Position numbers and translations under genes: made by a program
The notes under the pieces: model-generated
Databases searched by the model: none
The model's input: only the letters and a program-made list of their open reading frames with translations
Told to the model about the DNA's origin: nothing
Assembly: GCF_009914755.1 (NCBI RefSeq)
Contig: NC_060928.1
Reading direction: 5' to 3' (one strand)
Length of the DNA: 64,000 nucleotides
Source of the DNA: the human T2T-CHM13v2.0 reference genome, Homo sapiens
In this document: piece after piece, positions 33,774-59,543 of the stretch
Layout of the letters: every line of letters begins with the position of its first letter
How positions within the stretch are numbered: position 1 is the first letter of the stretch

Positions 33774-34861
33774 GGGGGTGCTGTAAAGAAAGCAAAACAG
33801 TCTTCCATAGCTGGCAGCGCTGAAGTTCACTACTAGCTGTGCAATGGCCCTGGTAGGCAGACACCTGGCCCTCCATCCTTCAGTGGTTTCCTTGCAGCCC
33901 GCTGCATCCCCACTGCCCGAGTCACCGGAGGCTCCCTTTTGCAGCTCCTTCGGCAGGCAATAGCTGCGGATAACACCCTTCAGGACCTGGCTTCCAGCAG
34001 GCACCATGAAGGATGCCTTCTGTGAGGTCCTGTGTTGTCATCTGGACATGGCTCTGGAGCTTTCTGGGACCTGATCCCTGGAATCCGTGAAGGGAACCTT
34101 GTATGGCAAGAGGGACTTTGTAGATGTGAAGGAGTAAGAGTCTTGAAATAGGGAGTTTATCCTGGATTATCCGGGTGGGTCCTAAATACAATCACAAAGG
34201 TCCTTATAAACAGGAGGCAGAGGAAGATTTGACACAAAGAAGAGGGCAGTGTGATGATGGAAACAGAGAGATAGATGAAGATGCCAGAGCTACGGACCCA
34301 GCCGTGTCACCAGGACACTGATCTCACAGAGTTTATGTTCTACTAGAGGAGACAAGGAGGCAAACAATGAATACGGTAATTTCAGAGAACAGACTATGCT
34401 ACAAAGGTAATAAACAGGGAGGCAGGAGGGTACCTCTTGTAGATGAGGATTATTTACCTCGGGGAGGGCTGTGGTGGGGCTTAGGAGCTTGAACGCGATG
34501 ACAGATGCCATGGTGTGTAGTTCAGAGCCTGGTGTGTGTTAGGTACTCACATGCCTATTAGCTAAATTTGGGCAGGAAATGCAGGCCGAGAGATGAAGCA
34601 CAGGCTTTGGCTGTGCAGATACTGTTGCCCCAAGGGGCTAGGACACTCTTAGAGGAATCCTGAGAGGTTTCCATCCTTTTCTAGGGTTCTGTTGCCATTT
34701 GATCATTCATTCATTCATTCTTTACTCACTCGCTAATTCATTCATTCAGCACATCTCTGGGGAACTACTCTTCCTCCCTCTGTGTGCTGGACATTTTGCC
34801 ACCGGATCTCTTTATCCCTCTCCCAGGCCACATGCCCTCCCAATTGGCCAGACGACCGTGA

Positions 34862-35800
<939 letters not shown>

Positions 35801-36297
35801 CTCATCTGGTCTCTTTAACCCTTCCCTAGGCCACATGCCCACCCAATTGGCCAGGCTACCATGATCAACAAAACTCCTGGCCAGGCTATCCAGCCTCCTC
35901 CTGCTGGTTCATTGCTAGGTGTTTCCCAGGCGTCCAGGTAAGAAGAATCACCTCGGGAGCTTGTTGAGCACGCAGCTTCCCAGGCTCTGTCCCTAGTGAA
36001 TCCACATTACCTCGTCCTAGGTGGAGGTCTGAGACTTTGTGATCAAAGCACTTTCCTGGGTGCATCTGAGAGCGGTGAGAGGTTGGAAACGCCGAATCCT
36101 GTGCATACAGCTCACCTGGGGGTCTCATTACGGGCACACTCTGATTCATCTGCTCTAAGGCGGGCCAAGATTCTGCGCTTCCATCCAGGATCCAGGCAGT
36201 GCCCATGCCGTGGTTCATGGACCCCGCTTTGAAGGGCAAAGTGTTACAGGTCTATAGTCCTTCAACATATAGTAGTTTCAATGTGCTTAACCGCTTT

Positions 36298-36584
36298 CTT
36301 TTTTTGTCTGTTTTTGGTTTTTTTGAGATGGAGTCTCCCTTTGTCGCCCAGGCTGGAGTGAAGTGGCACGATCTCAGCTCACTGCAACCTCAGCCTCCGG
36401 GGTTCAAGCAATTCTCCTGCCCCAGTCTCCTGAGCAGCTGGGGTTACAGGTGCGTGCCACCAAGCCCAGCTAATTTTAGTAGAGACGGGATTTCACCGTG
36501 TTGATCAGGCTGGTCTCTAACTCCTGATCTCGTGATCCGCCTGCCTTGGCCTCCCAAAGCAGGTGTGAGCCGCCGCGCCTGGCC
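36298..36584 (-). mobile_element. AluS with TSD TGCTTAACC(G/A)CTTT
   Basis: TSD copies at 36284-36297 and 36588-36601. Confidence 0.88.
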
Positions 36585-36606
36585 GCTTGCTTAACCACTT
36601 TTAAAT

Positions 36607-36642
36607 GAGATCCGGTGCGTTCAGTGTGGTATGGCCATAGAC
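36607..36642 (-). pseudogene. 5S rRNA 5' fragment (nt 1-36), tailless retropseudogene
   Basis: Reverse complement GTCTATGGCCATACCACACTGAACGCACCGGATCTC versus human 5S GTCTACGGCCATACCACCCTGAACGCGCCCGATCTC (32/36). Starts exactly at 5S nt 1 and is flanked by a TSD. Confidence 0.9.
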
Positions 36643-36931
36643 TGCTTAACCACTTTCAGATGAGATCTTCCTATGAGCTGGGGAACAGGTGAAGGACTTT
36701 GAATGCAATGTCTCATTTGATCTCTTAATAGCGCCCTTTTACAAATGAGGAAACTGAGGCTTTGAGAGGTTTGTGATTTGCTGAGTCATATAGCTGAGGT
36801 GGGCAGAGTTGGCCTTGAACCCAGGCTGTTATGAGGCTGGGGCCCAGGCAATGGAGAAGAAAAGGAATGACAATATCTGGGCATCTACTGTGTGTGAGGC
36901 CGGTGTTGCAGGCATTCATCATCTCCTCCCA

Positions 36932-37224
36932 TTTTTTTTTCTTCTTCTTTTTTATTATACTTTTTTATTATACTGGGGTACATGTGCAGAACGTGCAGGT
37001 TTGTTACATAGGTATACATGTGCCATGGTGGTTTGCCGCACCCATCAACTCATCTTCTACATTAGGTATTTCTCCTAATGCTCTCCTTCCCCTAAACCCC
37101 CACCCCCAACAGGCCCCGGTGTGTGATGTTCCCCTCCCTGTGTCCACATGTTCTCGTTGTTCACCTCCCACTTATGAGTGAGAACATGCGGTGTTTGTTT
37201 TTCTGTTCCTGTGTTAGTTTGCTG
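36932..37224 (-). mobile_element. 5'-truncated L1PA 3' end with TSD CATCATCTCCT, inserted in a MIR
   Basis: TTATTATAC..GGTACATGTGCAGAACGTGCAGGTTTGTTACATAGG. TSD at 36917-36927 and 37225-37235. Confidence 0.88.
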
Positions 37225-37459
37225 CATCATCTCCTTCAACTCTTATAGCAGCCTCACGGGGCACTTATTAGTATCCTCAACTTACAGAAAGGGAAACTGA
37301 GGCACAGAGAGGCTACATAGCTGATCCAAAGCCAGTCAGCTCCGGGTGGCAGAGCTGGGGTTGAGTCCAGTCTCCCTGATGCCCACATGTACCCAGCTCT
37401 GCTGCATCTCAGCCACCTGGCCAACACCGTCCTGCCTGCCCTGACAGCCATAAGCCCTG

Positions 37460-38442
<983 letters not shown>

Positions 38443-39088
38443 AGGTCAGAAGCAAAGAGAATTAACAGGCAACCCACAGAAGAAAATATTACTAGTTAAC
38501 ATGCCTGCAAATGTTTTCACCCCCTGGTGATCAAATAAATACTAACTGATGTAAGATGCCATTTCTTGGCCTTCATTAGTGAAAGTTTTTGTAAATGGTA
38601 ATTGTGAATGCTGGAAACTGTTTCTTGAACAGTCACTTTCCTACATTGCTGTGGCCTCTTTTCGGGAAGCAATTGGACAGTGTTTCCCAGGGGCGGCCAA
38701 AAGATCCATTCCATTTGATTCCATGATTCCACTTCTAAAACTCTCTCCCAAGGAAATAATCAGAGATGTGGTCACAATTTCTATACAAAGATGCTGTTAC
38801 AACATCTGAAAAAAAAAAAAAAAACAGTGGCAGAAACAAATTAAAACTAGCTTAAATGTCTAACCATAGGCATTGATAAAATAAAAGGGTTTTTGCTAAC
38901 TTAGAAGAATGCTTATGCTAAGTGAGAAGGGATGCAAAATTGTATATCCAGTGGGACCACAAATGTGTACAAAATTGTGCAGAATAAAAGGACTTGAGAT
39001 ACTCATGACAAGAGTCATAAAGAGAAAAATTTCCAAGTATGACAAGGGCCTCTCTCTGGGACAGATATGGGGCCATGTCATATACTAT

Positions 39089-39285
39089 TGTTGGAGCACA
39101 GAAAACAATTCCCCACAATATGACACTTCCCATGCAGACCTGAAGAAGCAGCCTCAAGGTCTCTCTGATCCCTCTCCTCCTGCCTGTCAACCTTCTGTCT
39201 CTCTCAAAGCACTGGAGGAGGCTATTCTCTGACGCTCCCCTATCTACCTAGAAAACAGACCCCTAGTGAGGAACACAGCTGCCTC
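39089..39285 (+). mobile_element. 5' part of a MER39/MER34-like ERV1 LTR, cut off by the next element
   Basis: TGTTGGAGCACAGAAAACAATTCCCCACAATATG...GAAGAAGCAGCCTCAAGGTCTCTCTGA. Subfamily from memory. Confidence 0.65.
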
Positions 39286-39578
39286 TGTTGACTTAAAAGG
39301 AAGAAGCTGAGGCAACATTCATTTAAGTACAAAGTTTATTTGGGCCAAGCTTGAGGATTGCATCCCAGGAGCATAGATTCAAATTGCTCTGAATATACAC
39401 TCCAATTAGCAGCAGTTAAAAGTAAATTTTTAAAGGAAAAGAAGAGGCAGTTCCTGAGTTGTTTATCAAGAACGTGTAGTAAAATAACAAGTTTTGATTG
39501 GGTATAGGTTGTTCTTTTTATCACACATTTCAGGAACATGAAGATAATGAGTGAGGCAGCTAGGCAGGAACAAAATAA

Positions 39579-40641
<1,063 letters not shown>

Positions 40642-40791
40642 GGTAGGAACAAAATAACTTTAAACAATTGTCCCCAGGTGTAGGCACCGGCTACAGGGGG
40701 CCAGGGAATGACTGGAATTCCATACCCATGTCTCTGTGGGTCTGCAGATCTCTCAGTTCTCAGCCTGCTCTGAGCTATTTTTCTTTTCTCA

Positions 40792-44304
<3,513 letters not shown>

Positions 44305-44329
44305 CATTTGTTAGTTTTAACACTGGTGC

Positions 44330-46440
<2,111 letters not shown>

Positions 46441-46656
46441 TGACTCAGGTCACAAAGTCACTTCCCTCATATTGCTTTAAATTAGGTTGCTACCTTATCA
46501 GGTTGATAGCCTGACATTCCCCCTACCATGGACATGACACTCTAGGAATGAGCCTTCTAGCAATAAGGGACTAAGGTCCTGAACATAAAAGGAGCCAAAA
46601 CCATTTGAGTTCATCTATGAAGCTTTCTTCCAAAGATCTTGATGAAAAGGGGGAAA

Positions 46657-47118
46657 TGTGAAGTTAAATAATTCAAGCTTAAAGCTGTTGAAACCTCGAA
46701 TTAACCTGAGCCTTGAGAGCAATGTGGCTATGCAATCTCGGTCACATGGGTTGCAGCTGCAACTTCTGCCTTTATTTCTTCTTGTTAGTAATTAAGAAGA
46801 CCCAAGCTGCACCAGAGATGAGACCCCCTCAGATCATTGCCCCTCCTCATGGAGTAATAAAGTAATCTTCCTTGGTATGAAGCAATCTGTAACCAATCCA
46901 ATTGCTGTGATGTATGCACCTGGCCTTGTAGGGTAGCTGATGTAATCTTCCTGGAACTTCTCTACTGATATCAATGAAACCTTAACTCCTCCACGTTGGA
47001 AACTCTGAGCCCATTCCTTTGGAGTTGGTACTTTCACTGGTAGCCATCCTTAAGCTTTGCACTTGAATAAACTCTATACTCAATCACACTTTCTGAATCT
47101 CATTCTTTAAGGTTAACA
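46657..47118 (+). mobile_element. ERV1 3' LTR of the env-bearing provirus
   Basis: PPT GAAAAGGGGGAAA (46644-46656) directly precedes TGTGAAGTT. AATAAA at ~47066. Ends AAGGTTAACA. Confidence 0.85.
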
Positions 47119-47430
47119 CTTCCTTCCAAAGGCTCTAGGTGACAACTCTTTGCCTCTTTTCAACCTCTGGTGGCTCTAGGCGTTTCTTGGCTTGTAGCCG
47201 CCTCACTCCAATGTCTGCCTCCATTTCATGTGGGGTCCTCCTCTGTCTTCTATGTGTCTCTTACAAGGTCACTGTCATTAGATTTAGGGTTCAGGATCAT
47301 CTGGGATGATCTCATCCCGAGATCCTCAATTTGGTTATATCTGCAAAGATCTTTATTCCAAATAAGGTGACATTCACAGTTTCCGATGGTTAGGACATGG
47401 CCATCTCTTTTTGGAGGTCAGCTTTCAACT
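47119..47430 (-). mobile_element. MLT1-type MaLR fragment
   Basis: CTTGGCTTGTAGCC..CACTCCAATGTCTGCCTCC...ATCTGCAAAGA..TTATTCCAAATAAGGT.ACATTCACAG. Confidence 0.72.
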
Positions 47431-48639
47431 CATTCAATACACCTGTAGTCAGTGTATTTATAATTCATTTCAATTCATTTCATTTCTATTCAGTGTTTCA
47501 TTTTAATCCAATTCACTTCCATCAATATTGATTTTACACCAGCCATGTAACAGGCCTGACAAGTTCCAGAGATAACTGACGTGGGTCCTCCCTTGGAAAT
47601 GGTTCCCCCTCTAATGAGGCAATAGGAGAGACGGAGACAGACAGAGGAGAGGGGCGGCTAGCTCTCCCTGTAGGCTTGGGGTGGTGCTTCCAGAAAAGGT
47701 GACATAGGAGCACAGTGGTTGGATGAGGAGGAGGCTGCTCTTTAGGAAGCCAAGGGACCAGCCTGCTAACAGCACAGCAGTGGACGGCTAGTCCCGCAGG
47801 GACCAACGAGCCTGCCGTGGAGGATGCTGGGAGAGCAGGGGAGACGTGGCCCAGGTCGCAGCTCAGGGGGAGCAGGACCCCCAGGCCTGCTGGTGGACCA
47901 AGTATTCCCGGGGTCTCAGAACATCCCCGGCCAAGCCCTCTCCACCCCCAGCACCCCTTGCGCACACAGGGCCACGGCTGTTGGATGCCGGGTCTGGGGC
48001 CTCCTTGGGACTATGAGGCTAGATTCTCTCTTTACAGTCGGGAAAAATGGCCACCTCGCCTGTAGCATTATATTCACCAGATTAAAGGCGGGCATTAAAT
48101 GGCTGCTCGCCAATGGCCTCCTTTATCCCGAGAGCTATTCCCCCTCCTCCCTCCTCCCTCCTCCCTGAGCCTCTGTGATTCAGGAAAAGTCAATCTAGAG
48201 GAGATAAGGCCAGGCACATAAATATCCCTCCCTTCCTTTGTGGCAAAATCTCCTGCTTGGAACACATTCCTTGAGTGTAAATTTGGGTCCTTCTCTGGAG
48301 AGTTCACCCCCGCGGCCCTCACCCTCACCCCCACACAGAGCTCTTGCAGTTCCGATGCACAGGGTCGCCCCTGTGAGCTGCTGGAAGGCAGGAGCGCACC
48401 TCCCACGCTCCCTGCGCCTTTCTGCTCTGTCTGCTGTCTCCCTGCACAACCTCAGTCCTGGCTGCTCAGGGCTCTCCCCAGGCAGAGGCCTCTTTGTCCA
48501 GTTGGAGCTGCAGAGACATTTTCTGTTGGAGACGAACGTGCTCTGCAGGGAGCTATTTGGCCTTGGGCGTGTTACCCCTTCCTGCCTCTCTGTGTGCACA
48601 TCTGTAAAATGGAGACAATAACTGCTTTTACTTCACTGG

Positions 48640-49590
<951 letters not shown>

Positions 49591-50538
49591 GTCATTTTAG
49601 CATCTAGAGGTTCTCGTCACCCAGGGCGAAGCCAAGCTTCTAACCCCACATGAATTTGACCTTCTTTAGAGAAAGTCACAAAATGAAGAGGCCGCTTAGC
49701 AATGGGGAAGAAGAGCAAGGATTCTGGAGCCAGGCCACCTGGGTCACCCTGCTGCCACCCGCTGGCTACATGATCTTAGGCAAATGACTTCTATGTGCCT
49801 GAGTTTCTTCTTAGTAAAATGGGGATGATAACGGTTCCTTCTCCCAGGGTGTCAGAGGATTAAATGAACTAATCTTTGTAAAACACAGAACGTGCCTGGC
49901 TTGAAGGTAGTCCTACCTAAGTGTTGTTAAATAAATAAACCGTCAGGTTGCTGCCTCCTGAAATAACCCCACACCCCATGCTCTTTCTTCCCTGCTTTGG
50001 AATCATGCACCATCCCCGCCAGCTGCCTGTGCCCCCTGCAAGGGGGAAGGACCTAATTTATTCATAACCAAGGACGCTTTGTTTCGCAGCTCACAGAAGC
50101 AGGCTGAGCCCTTCACACATGACTAGAGTCCAAATGCCAATTTTATGGTTTAAAGACCCTAATTTATTGTCTGTGAGGCAATAACGCTGCAGGCTACTGC
50201 AGGGGACCTGCTTGTGAAACATAGGACTGGCAGCAGAGAAAAGCCCCCAGCCTCAGCCCAGATGAGCCACGGTGCAGAATACACAACATCATCCTCCTGG
50301 AGTGTGTCTGCTCTGCAGCTTCAACATTTAACCTCTAAAGTGGGCTGAACCCCAGCCCACACCCCCCCAGCAGCCTGAGCCTTTGAGCTCTGTACGGTTG
50401 TCACTTTCACGACAGTCTTTCCAAATCTCAGTCCCCTCCCCTCTCAATCCCCCACCTAGTGTAGAGTTAAAGGGACAAGGGTTCGAAATCCGCTTTCGCT
50501 GCTTGTGGCTGTATGACCTTGACCAAGTCACTTAGCCT

Positions 50539-52156
<1,618 letters not shown>

Positions 52157-52315
52157 CTCTCTCTGAACCACTGCCTTCTTCCTTAAAGTGGGAATAATAA
52201 TACTTTTGCGAAAGAGCACTGAGGGGGATCCAGTGAGGTCAGGAGGAAACAACGTCTTGGTTTCTGTCCTCGAAATGGTTTCCCCACTCAGCTCTCTCAC
52301 TCTAGACAGCTGCTA

Positions 52316-53102
<787 letters not shown>

Positions 53103-53595
53103 GCTAATTCTGTGTGGGCTGTGCACAGTGGCTCACGGGTAAGCTGCCCACGGCAAGATTCGGCCAGTGTCAGCTTTTTGTCCTGCACAGAACTCAGCAC
53201 ATGGAACTGCCCCATTTGACATCAGCCACCAGGATATTCATACCCTTGTCAACACAGGCCCTTCCTACACATGGTTTTCAGAATTTATTTGACAAGAAGC
53301 AGTGAGTGCTTATTTTTAGACTTGTTTTGTGCTGAGAAATTAAAGACGTAAGAAAACCCTCCTGAGTGTGTGTTGGACATGTGGGGAAACACTCAGGAGG
53401 GTAAGAAAGAGGCTTCCAGATGATTTAGGATCTGGAGCTTGGACGTGACCAAAGCCAAGCCCATATGTGGGGGCTGGGCAGGTGTTACACAGACACAGTG
53501 TCAGGTGGGGAAGTGGTACAAAAGCAAGCCCTAACCGCACACCAGCCTTGTGGCTGTAGACACCCTGGGCTCAGCTGATGACACCACTTATGAGC

Positions 53596-54680
<1,085 letters not shown>

Positions 54681-55221
54681 AGCTTTGTGACTGAATTTCC
54701 AAATCATCTCAGTCTCAGTTTCCTCACTGGTAAAGCGTCCCTAACTTACACAATTATTCTGAGGATTAACTGAAGGATTTAGGTCGAACCGTATTAAATC
54801 GCCACTTTTTGTAGGTCAAAAATGACTGGATGTTGGCAGTTGCATCAGAGCCAACCCAGTGATCGGTGAGAAGTGCCCAGCATGGCAGGGAGCACGTGGT
54901 GAATGCACGGGGAGCGCCGTGTATGCACAGCGGGTGCTGTCGGGGCTGATTTCTCCAGGGGAGAGTAGCATCCACACTGGCCCCAAGGGATGGGCAGGAG
55001 CTCATGCGGAAGGAAAGGGCTGCTGGGCGCTGGGGGGCACCCACGAGACAGCAGTGTGGGCAGAGCACAGACTGGGGCAGGGAGGGGAAAGGCAGCTCTG
55101 GAGGGGCTGGGAGGGGACAGAGGGTGCAGGAGGGTTGATATATGCACCTACTGAATACACAGCCCTCTGTGCCTGCTCAGCCGCCAGAGGGGGTCTCTGC
55201 ACCCTGCTACAATGGTGATTT

Positions 55222-55849
55222 TGCTGAGACAAGCCTGAATGCATTACACCCGGCGTCACCTGTGTTTCTAGCCTCTGTGAACTTGACACTTCGTTGACAT
55301 CCATCCTCCATGCATGGGCCAGAAAGGCCTTGTTCTGAACAACCTGATAATGTGCTTAAGTCACCGTGCCTGACCTCCTGCCTCCCTCGTCACCTCCCCC
55401 ACTCCTCAGAGGAGTCCTCTTCTGGGTAGAGGCACTTTTCAAATACAAACCAACCAACCCAGAGTCCACGCTGCAGCCACCTGTTTTTCTAGGCTCTACT
55501 GCTCCAGCCACATCTACCTGTCCTCATCAGCTCAGGGCAGGTACCAGATTAGTAGGGACAGCCTTGTGCCCTGGAGCAGCTTTAATTATTCAAACTGGCC
55601 AATCCTAAGCCTGCCTACCTTTCTTGCTGGTTCTGTCCCACAGCAACCACAGTCAAAGTGCCCACTCACTGCTCTCCCCTTTGCCTCCTCCTCGTGACTG
55701 TGCCCATCTTCCTGTGTGGCCCCAGGCATGGCCTGCCGCCTCCTCTTGGAAACTGTGAGTGACAAACAATCTTTTTATTGGCAGGCGTCTTGTGATCTGT
55801 GGGCCTTCAGGGACTTCAGATGTCCTATGAATACACTGTATTTTTAAAC
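55222..55849 (+). mobile_element. ERVL LTR (MER74/MER73-like)
   Basis: TGCTGAGACAAG...AACCAACCAACCCAGAG...ATTATTCAAACTGGCCAATCCTAAGCCTG...GAAACTGTGAGT...TTTTAAACA. Confidence 0.62.
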
Positions 55850-55911
55850 ATCCCTGCTCAAAACTCTTCACTAGGTTATGTATGCTTGGGAGAAAGTTAA
55901 AAATTCCCTAG

Positions 55912-56750
55912 TTTATTAGTCAATTTTCATGCTGCTGATAAAGACATACCCAAGACAGGGCAATTTACAGAAGGAAGAGGTTTATTGGACTTACAGTTCC
56001 ACATGGCTGTGGAGGCCTCACAATCATGGCAGAAGGCAAGGAGGAGCAAGTCACATCTTACGTGGATGGCAGCGGGCAAAGAGAGAGAGAGCTTGTGCAG
56101 GGGAATGTCTCTTGATAGAACTATGAGATCTTGTGAGACTCATGATCATGAGAACAGCATGGGAAAATCCCGCCCCCACGATTCAATTACCTCTCACCAG
56201 GTCCCTCCTGGAACACATGGGAATTCAAGATGAGATTTGGGTGGGGACACAGCCAAACTATATCACTTAACCTTGTGTATCAGTGTCCTGTGGCTGCTGT
56301 AACAAATTCATTAGCACACATTCAGTGGCTTAAAATGAGAGCAACTTTTGCAGTTCTGGAGGGCAGAGACCTGAAATGAGTTTCATGGGGCTTAAGGCAA
56401 GGTGTTGGCAGGGCTGCACTCCTGAGGCCCTGGGAGAATCCATTTCCAGCTCCGGGAACTGCTTTCTTCACATTCCTCGCATTCCTCAGGTGGCAACTCC
56501 TTCCTCCATCTTCAAAGGCAGCAGCGTCACATCTTGCTCCAGTTTTTCTTCTGCATCAAACCTCCCTCTTATAGGGACACCTGTGATTACATTCAGGGGT
56601 CATCCGATAACCTAGAATAAGCTTTACACCCAAAAACGTTTAGCTTGGTCTCAGCTGCAAAGTCCCTTTTGGCATATAAGGTAACAGCCATAGGTTATGC
56701 AGATTTGGACGGGGATAACCTTGGGGGCCATGTTGCAGCCAAACACAGCC
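55912..56750 (-). mobile_element. THE1 LTR (55912-56265) followed by MLT1 LTR (56276-56750)
   Basis: ATTAGTC..TTTTCATGCTGCTGATAAAGACATACCC...GACACAGCCAAACTATATCA, plus MLT1 motifs. Confidence 0.82.
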
Positions 56751-57959
56751 GCCATTAAAAGCTTCTGCTTCCCTTGGCAACATCAGCTCCTCACCTTCCC
56801 ACGTGCCCCATCTAGCCCTGCTTAGATGTGCCAAGGGGCTGCTCCTTCTGGAATGTTCTCCCTGCCCTTCCTCAGGGCCCTTCTGTCTGGAGACCTCATG
56901 AATAACCTCCTGGTGGCAATTCTCAGGCACCCCCAGAGCATCGTGTCTGCACACCTCACCTCTCATGCAGAATCTGAATCCTGGGCCAGTTCAGGACTCA
57001 CACCAGAAAGGGCACATTGATGAAGAAGCACATGTCTTACCTGGGGTGACCCTGAAGGTACAAGGTTAGACAGGAAGGTACAGCTAGGTAAAAACAGTTG
57101 GAGGTGCTGAGAATGCCTGGAGAAAAGAAATGCCAGGGGCACAGTCTCTGATGGGTTAGCACAAGATTAAAACTCACAGCTGACACTGGGCTCTTACTAT
57201 GTGCCAGCCACATGGATGATTCTAACTTCATCTTCCCAACATCCCCAAGTGAAACTAGTATTAGGTCCATTTTATAGGTGAGGAAACTGAGGCACAGAGT
57301 TTCAATAACTTCCACAAGGTCACACAGCTGGTGACCTAGAGCAGAGCTGGGCTCTGATCAGGAAGCCTGGTTCCAGGGCTGGCACCATCCAGCATGATGT
57401 GACAGAAAAGAAGGCATGGAGGTAAGCCTGGAGCCCAAGGGGGCAAAACTCGGTAGAGGGCAGTGCCCAGGGAGTGGCTACCAGAGTCACACATGAGCCT
57501 GTCACCCAACTAGCTGTGTTGCCACTCTTGGTAAGTGGTAGCAGTTATTGCCCTTGATGGGAAAGTTGCCAGAAGTAGAAACAAATGACATGATACAAGA
57601 ACTCAGCTTCCAATGAGAGGCGCATGGAGGCAGCCTGACCACCATCCAGTCTTCCTAGAAGCACCCAGGAAGGAGCCTCTACCAGGGGTCACTGAAGGGC
57701 CCTCCCAACTCAAGGATCTCCAATTCTGTAGGACAGGAGTGAAGCCATCAAGTGCTGAGGCTCAGAGGAGCGTCACTGCCGGAGGAAGAGAAAGGAGGCT
57801 GGGAGCTGGAGCATCATTGCTAAGGGGAAGAGAGAGAAGCTTCTAGCAAGACTGGCCAAGGAAAAAGAGAGAAGCTATGTTACCAAGACCCAGAATGAAA
57901 GATGGGTAATCACTACAGGTCATACAGACATTAGCAGGATAAAATGGATATGTCTCATA

Positions 57960-58331
57960 TGATATGGTTTGGCTGTGTCCCCACCCAAATCCAGAATTGT
58001 AGTTCCCACAATCCTCACGTGTTGTGGGAGGGACAAGGTGGAGATAATTGCATCATGGGGGCGGTTCCCCCATCCTGTTCTGATGATAGTGAGTTAGTTC
58101 TTATGAGATCTGATTGGTTTTATAAGGGGCTTCCCCCTTCACTGGGCACTCATTTTTCTCCTTCCTGCTACCATGTGAAGAAGGACGTGTTTGCTTCCAC
58201 TTCCACCATGATTGTAAGTTCCCTGAGGCCTCCTCAGCACAGAGGAACTATGAGTCACTTAAACCTCTTTCCTTTATAAATTACCCAGTCTTGGGCGTGT
58301 CCTTTTAGCAGCAGGAGAAGGAACTAATATG
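57960..58331 (+). mobile_element. THE1D-like LTR inserted in an L1 ORF2 fragment (to ~58700)
   Basis: TGATATGGTTTGGCTGTGTCCCCACCCAAAT...CCATGATTGTAAGTTCCCTGAGG...CTAATAT. Flank CCAGGCCCAGATGGTTT is L1 ORF2-like. Confidence 0.85.
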
Positions 58332-59543
58332 CCAAAAATTTTACATGAACCAATTCCTTGAAATCTACAGACTACCAAAAGTCACGCATGAAGAACTAGA
58401 CCATCTGAATAATCTTATATTTATTCAAGAAATTAAGTTCAAAATTAAAGATATCTAATAATGACATTTCCAGGCCCAGATGGTTTTGTTGGCTAACTTT
58501 ACCAAATATTTGAGGATGATAACTACTCTGCAGAATCTCCTTGAGAAAATAGAAGAACACTTCCCAACCCATCTCATGAGGTTAGCATGACTCTAATACC
58601 AAAACTAGACAGAGACACAACAAGGAAACAAACCCCTACAAACCAAGATTCTTCATGAACACAGGTGTGAAAATCAACAAAATATAGCCAACCAATTTCA
58701 GCGTGACCTGGGCAAGGCACTTAATCTCTCTGAAACAAAATTTTCTTTGGCTTAGGTGAGGACTGAAGCCAGATGTGGTGGCACAGGCCCACAGTTCCAG
58801 CTACTTGAGAGACTGAGGCAAAAGGATTGCTTGAGCCCAGGAATTTGAGACTAGCCTGGGCAACATAGTGAGACTCTGTCTCAAAAAGGAAAAAAAAGAA
58901 GGTTGATGCTGTCTTTGTGACATCATCATGAGATAATAATGCACCTTAGAATACTTACCATAGAATTGGCATAAGTGTCCAGGGAATTTTGTGTTGCCTT
59001 TAGTTTGGCCTAGTCATCTTCCTCACACCACTCTGGCACTTGTCACATGTTGTGCTTGTGAACTTATTGGAAGACAGAAGCTACTGCTACTGAAGTGGCT
59101 TTTGCTGTTGATGCAGGAGCCCTGTGGAGCTTCGGAGTATCCCTCCAGGTCACTTGGGGAGACCTGGGCTGGAGCCAGGTTCAGCACACTCCAGGAGTGG
59201 CACAGTTGTCAATTGTGTCATTGGGGCAGTCTCTGATCAGTGCTGTTTTATTAGCAAATACTGAATTCCACTCCAAAAGATATGGCCTGAGCTCAGAGTT
59301 TGTTATGGATAAAATCATTCTTCATGAGCAGTAAATATCTATCTCTGGGGGTATTCAGCATCTTGAAGGGGCTGGCTTATGTCTCTCTGTGAATCGATTT
59401 GAGTCAGCCCTACTTCCTACCCCTCATTTCCCTGAGCCCACTACGCTCCTAGTTCCCAAAGCCCCCTGATAAATTATTGCACCTGCCTCTTTTCTTGATG
59501 GTTTGGGAATCAATAGATTTGTTTTCCTTTCTTCCGCAATGAA

